Of a stretch of 35,314 bases of DNA, positions 11,851-22,766 are shown piece by piece (position 1 is the first letter of the stretch; the number at the start of each line of letters is the position of its first letter). The position numbers and the translations under genes were made by a program. The stretch comes from Trypethelium eluteriae. Lineage: Eukaryota. The notes under the pieces were generated by a model. It did no database searches. It was not told the origin of the DNA and was given only the letters and a program-made list of their open reading frames with translations. The stretch spans positions 62,001-97,314 of the forward strand of contig JAVECL010000023.1 of assembly GCA_051942245.1 (NCBI GenBank), read 5' to 3'.

Positions 11851-14422
11851 ATGGAGAATCCTCGATCTCGACAAGGCTCGCATGCCTCAACCCCAGATAG
11901 CATCCCATCCATAGGCGATATTTTGATGCTTTCCCAAATCGCCTGGAAAATTGGCAGAGCTTTTTCATCCGGTCGACGTAGCTCGCCGGCTGAGTTCAAG
12001 GAAATCGAATCGGAATTGAATGCACTCTCAAAGTCTCTCAAATCGTTTGCTGAAACACTTTTCGCAGAAGATGAGAACATACTATCGCAGGCAGGTAAAC
12101 GAGCCCAGAACGGCGTTGCGATTATTTTATTGTCCTGCCAGCAGACACTACAGGATCTCGAGTCCCTTGTGGAGCAGTATCAAGTCATTCGGCGGACGGA
12201 GACTTCAGGCGGCTATACAGTAGATCGATCATGGAGCGAACTTGTCCTGACTAATTTTGGACAAATGATGTGGACCACGGAGGGAGGAAGCATCCATTCG
12301 TTGAAGACCATGCTCCACATGCATACCAGCACTATCAGCGTGACGGTACAGGCACTACAAGAGTTCGTTTGGGATCTTCACATGCAAAAGGACAGGGGCT
12401 GACTCGAGACACAGAAAATCGGTCGAGCGACTTGAAAACACCGTAACACCCATGGCAGATAAAGTGGAAGATATACACAAGCGACCGGACAGCGATTTGA
12501 ATGGCAAGATTGAGGATGTTCAAAACTGGGTCATGGCGTACGCGCATACCAATCCCCCACCACCTCCTTCATCGCGTGGCCGCGAAGGCAGCATCGCCGG
12601 CTCAATATACTCTTACTCATCTTCCGATCCGTCCGAGCGCGAGCGAGAGCGGCAGATACGGCCTTCTGATCTCTCTCCTCAAAGTGAGCGCAAACCTTTC
12701 TCACTTGTGACCCCCCAACGAACACCCGAACTGGTAGGCTCAGAAGCGTCTTCGGTCGGATCGCCGTTACGAGGTTCAGGTTGGGGCAGTAGTGAGAGCT
12801 CAAGTGCCTTTGAGACTACAGACTCAACGGTCGATGGAAGAGGTCCACCCTCGTCGCTCGGGAGCGTTCAAGAACAAGACGAGGCAGGGTTCGGGGGTCC
12901 GATAATTGGCAACCAAAGTCGGCCCTCACAGAATGCACGCCGCCAGTCTTCGAGAAGAGCAACACCGAGCTCAAGAAGAAGCGGTATAATTGCGCCTGGC
13001 GGTCTCATGGAGTTGGAGGCCATCGCCCAACCCCCCTTCTTCCGCCAAGTCTCCAAGGATGCGGTGCGGCAAAAGCAGCAACCCCTCCCATCGCCTTCCA
13101 TTTCCCCCGAGTCCCAGATTCCGATACGCACGACTTCGCTTTCTATAGACACGGAGCGTACCCCACCCTCAAAGCCTACGACCTCTATACGAGCTACTCC
13201 AGTTTCAACGATTTCCTCCATATCATCCCGTGCCACTCCACAGCCATATCCAGATTCCTATCCCGTTCACGATCACTCTGACGATCCTATCCCTGTCACC
13301 ACGCCGCCGCCTGACATTCCCGTCCACTCCTCTCCTCGTACTCTCAGATCTGCCGCCTCCAATCACGGCTCTGCCCCGAGTATCCGGTCCGGACGGTCGT
13401 ACTCCACCTCTGCGCCCACTGTCACAGAGCATGATCGACCCTCGACCCCCGACCAAGAAGAGTTTGAGAGAGAGCTGTTCAAGAATTCGGCCATCCTTTG
13501 CGATCTTCCGGTGGCATTGGTCGAATACACCCAGCCTTCCAAGGATGAAAGCAAACCGTGGGAGACGCAGATGATAAGTGCAACGAAGGAAGCCCGTATG
13601 TGTGTTGTCCGCAAACGCAATACTTTCAATGACACCGTCCGCTTCACAACCTCCATCTGGTCGATCGCCCGCGACCGCAGTGCCCGCATGGAACAGCGAA
13701 TCGTGGATGGCGACGCCATTGTGCCCTACTCGTCCTTCTTCTCGCCGGAAAAGGTTTCGGTCACGATTCCGACGGAGCTCCGGTTTCACGATGCGAACCC
13801 CAAGGATCCCAACGCCGAACCGCGCAGAATAAGCACGACCTGGGTCAACTACGTCTTCCAGGACCCCCGCGCGGGCAACATGTTCCAGTCGGTACTCTTC
13901 GGCCGCAAGCTCCTCGCCGTGTTTCGCACGGAGAAGACGCTGCGGTTGCGCGAGGGTCTGAAAGGGGCACTCGCCTACCAGGAGCAGATGTGCGGGATGG
14001 AGAATTTGCGGCTCTGGGAGGACGAGGGCAGTTGCGGTGTCCTAGCAATGATGCACTTCTCGGCCCATTTCAAGGATGGATATCTTTCGTTCTGGCTGAA
14101 CAGCTCGAAGGAGCCCGTGCGCGTCCGAGAGGAGAGTGGGAAAGTGATCAAAGTTAAGGGTTTGAATATCCCTGTCGAGGGGACTCGCGGGGCAAACGGG
14201 CTGATGAGAAGAGGGTCAGAGGGTGGGATGGTAATGGGGATTGGTTTGGGGACGGGGAAGTTGGGGAGAGAGGGGAGCAAGCTGGCTGGGAAGAAGATCA
14301 CTGGGGCGAGGATAGAATTCCGTACGGAGGAGGACAGGGATGATTTTGTCGCCTTTGTTGGCCGGGTTCAAGATCGGATGGTGAGTATACCGGAATGGGA
14401 TGAGGGATCGACTAGGTCATAG
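11851..14422 (+). CDS. Fungal hypothetical protein, 839 aa: HeLo/SesA-like helical N-terminus, Ser/Pro-rich linker, globular C-terminal region
   Basis: Exons 11851-12362 and 12415-14422, intron GTTCGT..GCTGAC..CAG, joining the two long ORFs in frame (ALQE-KSVERLENTVTPMADK). SIGDILMLSQIAWKIGRAF...APAEF-like (SPAEF)...LSCQQTLQDL resembles N-terminal domains of fungal STAND proteins. A possible extra upstream exon at 11696-11775 is in frame via an intron at 11776-11837. Confidence 0.85.
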
Positions 14423-16068
14423 ACAGATGGGGTGGACATGATGTTTGGACCCCATCTGGCCTTCCTTGTCTTTCTGGACCGAGCGCGGGATATCATATGC
14501 TGATACTGGCGGTCGTTCATCGATTCTGTTGCTGGCCGGCATCGGCTAAAGATGCCTTCCACGGATGCATGCCACAGCAGCCGCACCAGGCACAGTCGAT
14601 CATGGAAGGGACTCAGATATCGATGTTTGCGTTAATGATTGCTGTAGCAGGCTTCACGATTTAACGAGAGTCTCAGTGTGGAAGAGGAGGGAAGCACTGG
14701 TCGTTCGGTGAAGAGGAAGAAGTCGGTCGAAAATGTGGATGACCTGATCGTGATGGAAGCCTACATCGTTCTCTACCTTTCGGCAGATTTAACAGGGCAG
14801 AGAAGGCCAATACATTGCGATGGATTACGACGAGCACGTTTACGATAATAAGCGATGCGTTACTGGGCGACTGAGCGTTCATGAATGTTTGGGTTTTTCT
14901 ACGTGTGTATGATGTTCGAGACCGAATAAGAGATCCCCGGACGTTTTGGGTAAGTATACCAACAGGGCAATTGAAAGACTTGACGTCGACTCGGTTTGCC
15001 CATAGATTTCTTTCATGAGTCACTCTTCTTGAAGTTACGAAAACATCTTCATATCTTAGTTTCTTGTGTAGTCATGTCGAAGATGTGAAACTACTCTTCC
15101 ACAGAGTTCCCTTCTATGACAGATTTCTCAAAGCTGTACGATGTTCACTTGAGGATTGAGCCTTATTTGCTGAAACCTTTACTACGTCACACAAATCACT
15201 GCAGGCTTGGCTGAAGCCTGTTGCTCTTACCGGCAGCAAATGTTGCGGGATACCAATGGCGACGACTTCTAAGTGCGTGTCCGCGACACAGACTGTCTAC
15301 ACATGAAGACCCACTGTGGCGGCTTTCTTGAGGGGATCCGGGGTCGAGCTACAGTTCTAACAATATCTGCCTGTTAGGTGTGAATGGCAGTAACTGGTCG
15401 ACCAATCATGTATCAATGGCATGTTCTCATTCTCATGGGGCTGAAGGGATCAATGTTGGAGCGACCGACCTTTGAGGGCCAAGCCGTCCTGAAGCACGCC
15501 TCTCGAACCCATGGGCAGCTCGGCCTCTCCACTCAAGGCTGCGCAATATCGGAGGCAGAAATTGCTGCGAGACCCAGAATTGAGTTCCACACTGTGAGGT
15601 TGGGACCGTGTACACGTGGCAAATCTTACTTGCCGTTAGTGATTGATTTTAGGTAAGCTCGTGTCCGTGTGAAGTCACTCGGGCGATATTCTCCACAATG
15701 AAAGCGGCAACGGCTCCACTCGCCAAGAGATATCTTTGCCTGCAATTTCATCCTCCCTGGATCGAACACTTACCGCACCCACTCAGTTGGGAGAGCTTTG
15801 CGGGAACTGATATGGTCTATTACTTGACCAGAAAAGTGGCTTTCGCAGCAGCACTTCCATGCCAGATAGGCATTTAAGAGCAGGTAGACACCATTTACCA
15901 TCGCCGAACTCTCTCTCTCCTTCATTCACCCGACTTGCTTCTTCTCCACCGAGCTGCTTTGACTGCCACCTCACTCCTGCGCTCAAGGCTGTCAGTAATC
16001 CACTCCTGCACTTCTGGCTCGTACTCTCCATAAAGAGCACAGGTATCGATCACCCTTCCGATTGCACA

Positions 16069-16643
16069 ATGTTCTCTTCCAGGTCTCTCTTCACTCTTGT
16101 CCTTGTCCTCATGGGCTTGTCCATGGTTCATGGTAACAGTGGTGGGCCCCCTGGTTGCGATCCCACCTGTCCGTCAGGAATTTGGCATCACTCTATGGGT
16201 CGTGGGTTGTCAGGTGGCGCCTCCTGGCTTGGTGGCCTGGTTGGTCGTGCCTGTACGTTTCCTCTTGTGCATGTCTCATTCCCCAGTTCATCTGATACTG
16301 ACGCCAGTCAGATAGCGTGATGCAATCTCCCAATGACGGAGTCAAGGGTATGTTCGCCGACCTCACTTGCTATGCGGCCTTTTTTCCTTTGGTCCATTGC
16401 ACTGCCAGCCCTCAGCTCCCCTACCCTTTTACCGCCGCGTCATTCCCTTCTTGCATCTGTCTCTACCACCAGTTCATTCACTCTCCTCCAGCACGCGATC
16501 AAAGCTCCCATGAAGCGTACGCTCCCTATGGCAACGAAGTGCGCGCTACCGACGACTTGCCTACGATCATCCCCTACGATGGTCCTCCTGACGGCATCAC
16601 CAAGACTCATGACGGCATTCCAACTCCTGCTCCTGAGGCTTGA
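16069..16643 (+). CDS. Candidate small secreted orphan protein (123 aa if both introns are spliced)
   Basis: ACAATG context and signal-like MFSSRSLFTLVLVLMGLSMVHG. Intron 16253-16311 (GTACGT..ACTGAC..CAG) joins in frame to the 16317-16643 ORF. Probable second in-frame intron 16348-16491 (GTATGT..pyrimidine tract..CAG; weak branch site). No family recognised. Confidence 0.55.
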
Positions 16644-18056
16644 TCGACGTCGACGACACAAGCAAGCGATGCCACTCTCGGGACTAATGGCAAAGCTTTG
16701 GATGCAAAATGCAGGGGCATCTCTTGAATGGATTACGGATGGGACGGACTTGTTGATATGAGGATTGCCTTCTTTCTTAATCTTGCTTTTCTGCCTTGCG
16801 AAAGGGGCAACACTAATTCTATGAAATCTATAGAGATCGTGCAACATGACGACCATGGAAACAGGAACTGTCGGCGGCCTCGAAGGGCGAAATGGCCAGC
16901 TAACAATCACAATCATTTTAATCAATACCTCAAACACTGAAAACGTCCCTCCTCTGGATACCTCGTGAAGTGTATCGGATGTGCTAGTCGCCGATCACGC
17001 ACTCGGCCTTTGCCAGAGCTCATCCCCTTCTATCAGTGTTACACGCGCGCCTTTTTGCTTCCTTCCAATTGATACATGTGTTTTTGTCCCTTGTTAGCCA
17101 GCGAGCTATATTCTTCCGAGAATTGGCATTCACCAATCACGAAAGCTCGAATCGTTATAGGTCCACGCATTCTGATAAGCGCTTTGGTGTTTGTGATGAG
17201 CTCGCCGATAGTTCTTACGGTAGAGTACTCTAGTGCAGGTCCGTGCACCTCTCGATTTACAATAGAGGTACCACTAGTACTCCGTGCTTTGGAGGCACCT
17301 ACCTACCTACCTTACCCAGTACCTAGTGTACTCTATGCGGAGCGGATCAAAGTACCTATACTTGACTATCTAGCATCCTCACTCCACAACTACATCGCTC
17401 CTCTTTTCCTTGCGCCCTTGATCCTTGCTAGAGCCGTCTTCGGTCCCGCCGCTCTCGCGTAACTTCTGCCTCTTTCCCATGGTCCTTTCTGCTGGCGCAC
17501 AGTGTGCATGACCAAGATATGGATTACAGCCAATGTCGTCAATCCTTAGGCAGTAGAGGCCACTACGTTGACTTTTGGGCAGGAAAGTGTCAAGTGACGA
17601 AGGGTATGGACCAGCTCGCATTGAAATGTACGTAAGTGACTAGAGAAAGAGTGCGACGAAAAGCTTCCAATGTCTCAACAGCATTCTAGATGGTTAGGAT
17701 ATGCTCTTCAGCCACAGTTGTAATTTTTTCTATGCTACCTTGGTAACCTGCTAACTGTAAGGGAGGGATCACATGCACAAAGCTGGCATTCATACCAGCC
17801 GCCAGTCCTCTTCCGAGGGAAAATGCAGAGCCAATGTGTATCCAAGCAAAGACTTGCCCACTCGGTTTCCGACCCCAAAGCATAAATGAAAGTCATTCCG
17901 GTACAAGCAACACGCATGCAGCTGGAAGATACAACGCCTTGATAAGAAGCTTAGAAGAGCGACTTAGCAGTCCGAGTCCTACTCCGTATCAGCATCTCGT
18001 ATTCTCCAAGAAGATCACACGCCATCCTGCAAGGCCCCAGGCTTTCCCCACTTCAT

Positions 18057-18737
18057 CTAACGTCCTTCCTCTAGAGTGATCTGCAGCAGTGCTTGGCTCA
18101 GTGTAGTAGCTTGAAAGACATCGAGGCCTTGCGCAATGTGAATACCGTCATCTTGTGCCTCGTGTGCGGTGCGGATAGTGAGATCACCGGCTTGTTGGTC
18201 GAAGAAAGAGAATTTAGTGACGAATCGTTGGTAGACGGGAAAGCGTGGTTTGAACTGCGATCGAGAGCGATGTGGGTCCGCAGAGGAAGGGCCGACTTTG
18301 AGAGAATAGAGGAATGTTGAGATGAAGGGAGTAAGATCGTGCTCCTCAGAAATAGGCACGGCTGTGCTTCGAAGTGAGGTCGTGCGTGCACTCCAGTCAG
18401 GATACAGCTCGGGAACAGGGTTGCATCCGTCGAGAACAGCGGCCCAGGCCGGAGTGGCGAGAGCGAAGAGAGTGATGATGGCCACATATGTGACATGTTT
18501 GGGCAATCGGCTTCGAGCATGTCTATACCGTCCTGGTGAGGTCGAGCGTGTGCTAGAAGGACTCCTAGAACGGCGGCGGGGAGAGATAACGTGGACTCGT
18601 CTCTGACGTCGAGGCCGAGCACGACGGTCGGTCGTCTCAGTATGCTCTTCGCGCGGCTTGGAGGGCCACTGGCCTACCAAGCAAGCGCCGAGCACCCAAG
18701 TGGCGACGGCAGCAGCGGTGAAGAAAATGGCAGACAT
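18057..18737 (-). CDS. Candidate orphan protein, 226 aa, two hydrophobic segments flanking an Arg/Ser-rich stretch
   Basis: Long ATG ORF preceded by a pyrimidine-rich leader, with many C/T-ending codons. Hydrophobic segments MSAIFFTAAAVATWVLGACLVG and YVAIITLFALATPAWA. No recognised homology; introns not resolved. Confidence 0.4.
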   Translation of the reverse strand: MSAIFFTAAAVATWVLGACLVGQWPSKPREEHTETTDRRARPRRQRRVHVISPRRRSRSPSSTRSTSPGRYRHARSRLPKHVTYVAIITLFALATPAWAAVLDGCNPVPELYPDWSARTTSLRSTAVPISEEHDLTPFISTFLYSLKVGPSSADPHRSRSQFKPRFPVYQRFVTKFSFFDQQAGDLTIRTAHEAQDDGIHIAQGLDVFQATTLSQALLQITLEEGR

Positions 18738-20438
18738 GTCGCTTGTCTGAAATGAAACAAGAATTTGAATGAAAGGAAGACGAAGGTGGAGGAGGGATCA
18801 AGAATTTTAAGGTCTTCGAAACTCGCTAATTCGTGACCAGAACAGTACTGTGTTTCTAGCTTCTTGCTTCAAGCACACAGTGAGTGGAGGAGTGGAGGAG
18901 TGGGGACGCAGGTGAGATCATTCTCCAAAAAATGGCTCGTGTCTCTCGAGAGGAAGGAACCGCCAACTAGGTTACCTAATACGTATAGGTACCCGAAGAT
19001 ATTCACTGCAAGCACATGACGAAAGCAACCAAGGTGGCCAATACTGGCTCTGTAAGTCGTACGACGAACGATGTGTGAAGGGAACACGGAGGCCATCCTC
19101 TGGATGGTAGGGTATGGCTGCCGCCTAGAAATGTTGAAGAACAGTGTTCGCACGGCATTCCCTCCAAACGTGAATAACACATCAGTGGACGAGGAGCACC
19201 CTTGAAAGTGGAGACAGGCGATATTCCAAGCTCTGTATGTACAGAAAATCCCAGAATGGGACATTATTAACCGCGCATAGAAGCAACAACTGGTTGAAGT
19301 CAGAGCTGGCTGATGTGTCGATCCCATAGCTTCATTCATAGCCATCGTAGAAGATCCTGACGTACACATATTGGGTACCTACCTAGCTACACAGGGACGG
19401 ACACGGGATCTCTCCATAGCAGTGGTCTAATCCCTTTTTACCAATGGCTGCGCTTCATGCTCCTACAGAGGCAGAGAAGCCTCATCACTTGTCAGAGGCG
19501 TACAGATCTCCTGCACATATGAAGTGCGCGAGCCTGGAATCGAAGCCAATTTTAGTGTCATCATGTTTTGCACCTCAGCGTTCAGGGATCTGCGTCCATT
19601 CTATTGACACGGTTAACCTACCTTGCGTTGCTCCACCCGTCTCTACCTACATGTCATGCTATCAGCCCTGTAGCGTTCTACACCAAGAATAGGTGAACCC
19701 ATCATGGTATCCGCGTATCCCTTAACGATAGGCGATAGACTTTGTATTTTGCTTATCAGATGCCACGATCTCTTGACCCCTTGACTACCTAAATTGACCA
19801 GCTCTCTTTCAGCCGGGTAGAACCGCTGTGGCTCTTGTGCTGGTCATGCACAATTTTCGCTCCATTAGCTTGGCTCGTAGGCCCATCAGTAGACTCATAC
19901 ACGTACACATCACATAAGCGAACACGATTGGACGGAAAGCCTGCAAGGGCCGTCTACACAAGCACTTCCCAATCGACGCCTCGGAACGGCTTGTTGATTA
20001 TGGGCACACATGGAACTCTGGTAATAGTAGGTAGTAGGCTGGTAACCTTAGTAAAGCTACAGGTACGATCTTCATCTTAATCTATGGAACCGTAGTGTTG
20101 GATTGGAAGGGCAGTTAGGACCACTTAGTACCCTGTTGCTCTGTGTTGGCGACCGATTCTTCGTCTGCAGCTGCGAAATCTAGTCGAAGCTAGTTAGAGA
20201 GTATATGCAATCCCTTATTTCCTAGGGACACAATTCGTGTATAGATTTGAATGGAATAAAATGGTATTTACTGAACGATAGCATCAGTATCATCCCATAA
20301 TCTTCGAGCTGATAGACAGACAATTCACTTCAGTAGACTTTGCATGACATTATTATCTTTGAGCACTTTGTAAAAGGACAAGAGGCCAATCGAGGTGCTA
20401 TTTACAAATGGACGGTAGTCAGTCGTGGATTAGCTGAA

Positions 20439-20482
20439 TTAGGGGTAGATCGAGAAGTAGTTAGGGGTAGATCGAGAAGTAG
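20439..20482 (+). repeat. Perfect 22-bp tandem duplication (TTAGGGGTAGATCGAGAAGTAG x2)
   Basis: Read directly: 20439-20460 is identical to 20461-20482. Confidence 0.95.
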
Positions 20483-20975
20483 AGAACATTTGGTAGACTA
20501 GCCTTCTGTTCACTGCTCGATCGCGCCATATCTCTCCTCTAGCCGGGACTCCGAGCATCAGTTGCTCGGTGTTGAGAAAAATTTAGCAAATCAGCTTATC
20601 CGAATGAGCAGCGTAGCTACCTGTTACATACCTGATGCGGGGGATATATTAGGATTAAACCTTGGTCGCAAGGAAAAATAACCGCAAAAGCTAGAGACTC
20701 CCACGGTCCTGTGCCACACCGAGGAGGCTATCATGGATACAGTGGTAATCAGTTCAACGAGAATGGGAATAGAATGAACATGCAGCGAAAAGGTCAATTG
20801 CAACCAGTGAAGAGAGTTAACGACCATCATTCCTCATGACAACAGTAACTAAATTCGCAAGATCGTGGAGCATCTAGCAAGATAGCAAAAGGGTGGTTCT
20901 AATCTCTGGCGATCGCAACGTCACCATCTAAACTTACTACCTCCTACGCCATCCGTCAAAGGAACTTACCTTGAT

Positions 20976-21428
20976 CTACCACTGCTTGATCAATCTGATG
21001 CAGTTGGCCCCTGTCTCCGCTGGCGAAACCTGTGTGCATTTCCCCCCTTGCGTCGTCCAATCGGCGGTACCCACAAGAGCCTTGCACTGATCCCCGACGT
21101 GTTTCATAGTCCAGTAGTTAATATCCCCTGTGTAAAACTCGATCCGCTCGTTCTGGGCCAAGGGGCGGCTAAGTGAGTAAGACGTGAAAGGGATCTCGAC
21201 GGTGGTGGTGTTGCCGTCATTGTATTTCAGGGTAGGAAAAGTCCAGGGATTCTTCATAGGCTCCTTTTCGCAGTTCTCATGGCTAGAGCCCCATAAGTTG
21301 ATGCCAATGGGAACGGGTGGCGCAACAGAGCGCGTGGTGAGGGTCTCGGTAGTGGCATCAACATCGACGGGAGCGGCGATGAGAGTCGAGGCCGAGGCTA
21401 AGATTAGCATGATAGTTTTGATGGCCAT
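20976..21428 (-). CDS. Small secreted 4-Cys protein with predicted pro-peptide, 150 aa (effector-like)
   Basis: Single exon from ATG 21428 (CAAAATG). Signal peptide MAIKTIMLILASASTLIAA, acidic/Thr-rich pro-segment ending LTTR, and a mature part with 4 Cys and SYSLSRPLAQNERIEF. The in-frame ATG at 21557 lies only about 10 nt below a TATA-like box and is unlikely to be used. Confidence 0.8.
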   Translation of the reverse strand: MAIKTIMLILASASTLIAAPVDVDATTETLTTRSVAPPVPIGINLWGSSHENCEKEPMKNPWTFPTLKYNDGNTTTVEIPFTSYSLSRPLAQNERIEFYTGDINYWTMKHVGDQCKALVGTADWTTQGGKCTQVSPAETGANCIRLIKQW

Positions 21429-21567
21429 TTTGAGGTCGTAGTGATGGTGATGATAGTGAGGACTGATGATATTTGAAGACTCGGTCAACGAGTGCAATTT
21501 TTTTTTGATTTCGCTTGGAAGTTTTGGATGCTGGAGGTAGTAGATCTTTGAGAGCATTCGGCAACTA

Positions 21568-21573
21568 ATTATA
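21568..21573 (-). promoter_or_regulatory. TATA-like box (TATAAT) of the secreted-protein gene
   Basis: Minus-strand TATAAT about 140 nt upstream of ATG 21428, followed by an A/C-rich leader. Confidence 0.4.
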
Positions 21574-22766
21574 GGACCTCCGCCAGATTATTATTGCAGA
21601 GCACAACAAGAGTTGTGTCACAAGGAGCTCTTTGATTGTAATTGAGGATTACTACGGGATAATGTCAGTGTCAAAGAAGATATGTTACAATGCAATTCTC
21701 ATTAGATCGAGCGATCAAAGACCGCTTAGTCAAAGAAAAAGTATGCATTGAGGACTTCTCTGCAATAGAGGATGGTGTATACTTGTAAACAACACAACAA
21801 TGCTACTCTTTCGCAGGTTTGCGCGATCTTATGATTTGTTTCCATCAAATGCTTCCGGATAGTCTCTCCAAAGTTTTCCTCTAGACGTGAAGTTGAGTCC
21901 CTGTCGCCATACATAAGCACTTTCAGCCTTTCTCTTGATTATGATTCGTCCCGAAGACAGCAATGCAGGTGAATCAGACCATCGAGTCACTCGCCAAGCG
22001 TTTAATTCTTCGTCATTGGTGAGGCACATCATGCTGGAATGGGGAAACGGGCTAAGCGTTGTAGCTTGGATGATAGAAGAAACTTATGCGCTGAGTAGGG
22101 CGGTCATAATCTTGGCATATCCTCTATCTAGTCCTTGCAACAGGTATTCTTTGTGCTAATGCTGCTGGAATGACAATGGATCTAACCTGCTATTATGCGA
22201 GCGTTATAAAGAATTTATTCAGTTGCGAATGGTGATCATTATCTCGATATGCTATTCCTGTTGCTTTGCTATGGCTGATCGCCTCTATTGCTACATTCAC
22301 CCATTATTCCGCATCCGTTGCCGTATCCTTGAAACCCCCAGGGTAATCATGTCCCTCAAAAGTGGGACTGAAATATTGAAGAAAAGAGCTAGTGGTGGAA
22401 GAGGACGTGTCTGATATACTGCCCATCTGCACAAATAGCCACTCGGAGCATCTGTAGCAAATTGAGGCCTGTCAAACAATGCAGAATAACAAGAAGCAGG
22501 GGTAAGTAATCGTACAAACGAAGCATGCTGATCGCTGATCGTCTTCGAAAAGGACGCCAGAGGCACGGTAATTACGGTAGCTGCATGACGGATTCCTGAA
22601 ACGATCAATCGCTTCAACGAATTGAAGACATAGGGGACACCTGAAGCCCACCTGTATGCAAAGCGCTCTTTACTGACGATAGTCAGCACACGTATCACCT
22701 TTCAAGTGCAGTCCTCTTTGATCCAGTCCAGCGCCAGCCACAGATGTCACTGCGCCTCAACGACTA

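Noticed and set aside
14236..14263. GIGLGTGKL resembling a Walker A P-loop in the 839-aa protein
   Set aside because: Lacks the S/T after GK, lies in a Gly-rich low-complexity loop near the C-terminus, and has no Walker B context.
14950..15005. Intron-like GTAAGT..TTGAC..TAG segment in intergenic DNA
   Set aside because: The flanks do not form a credible reading frame; a non-coding transcript cannot be shown without RNA data.
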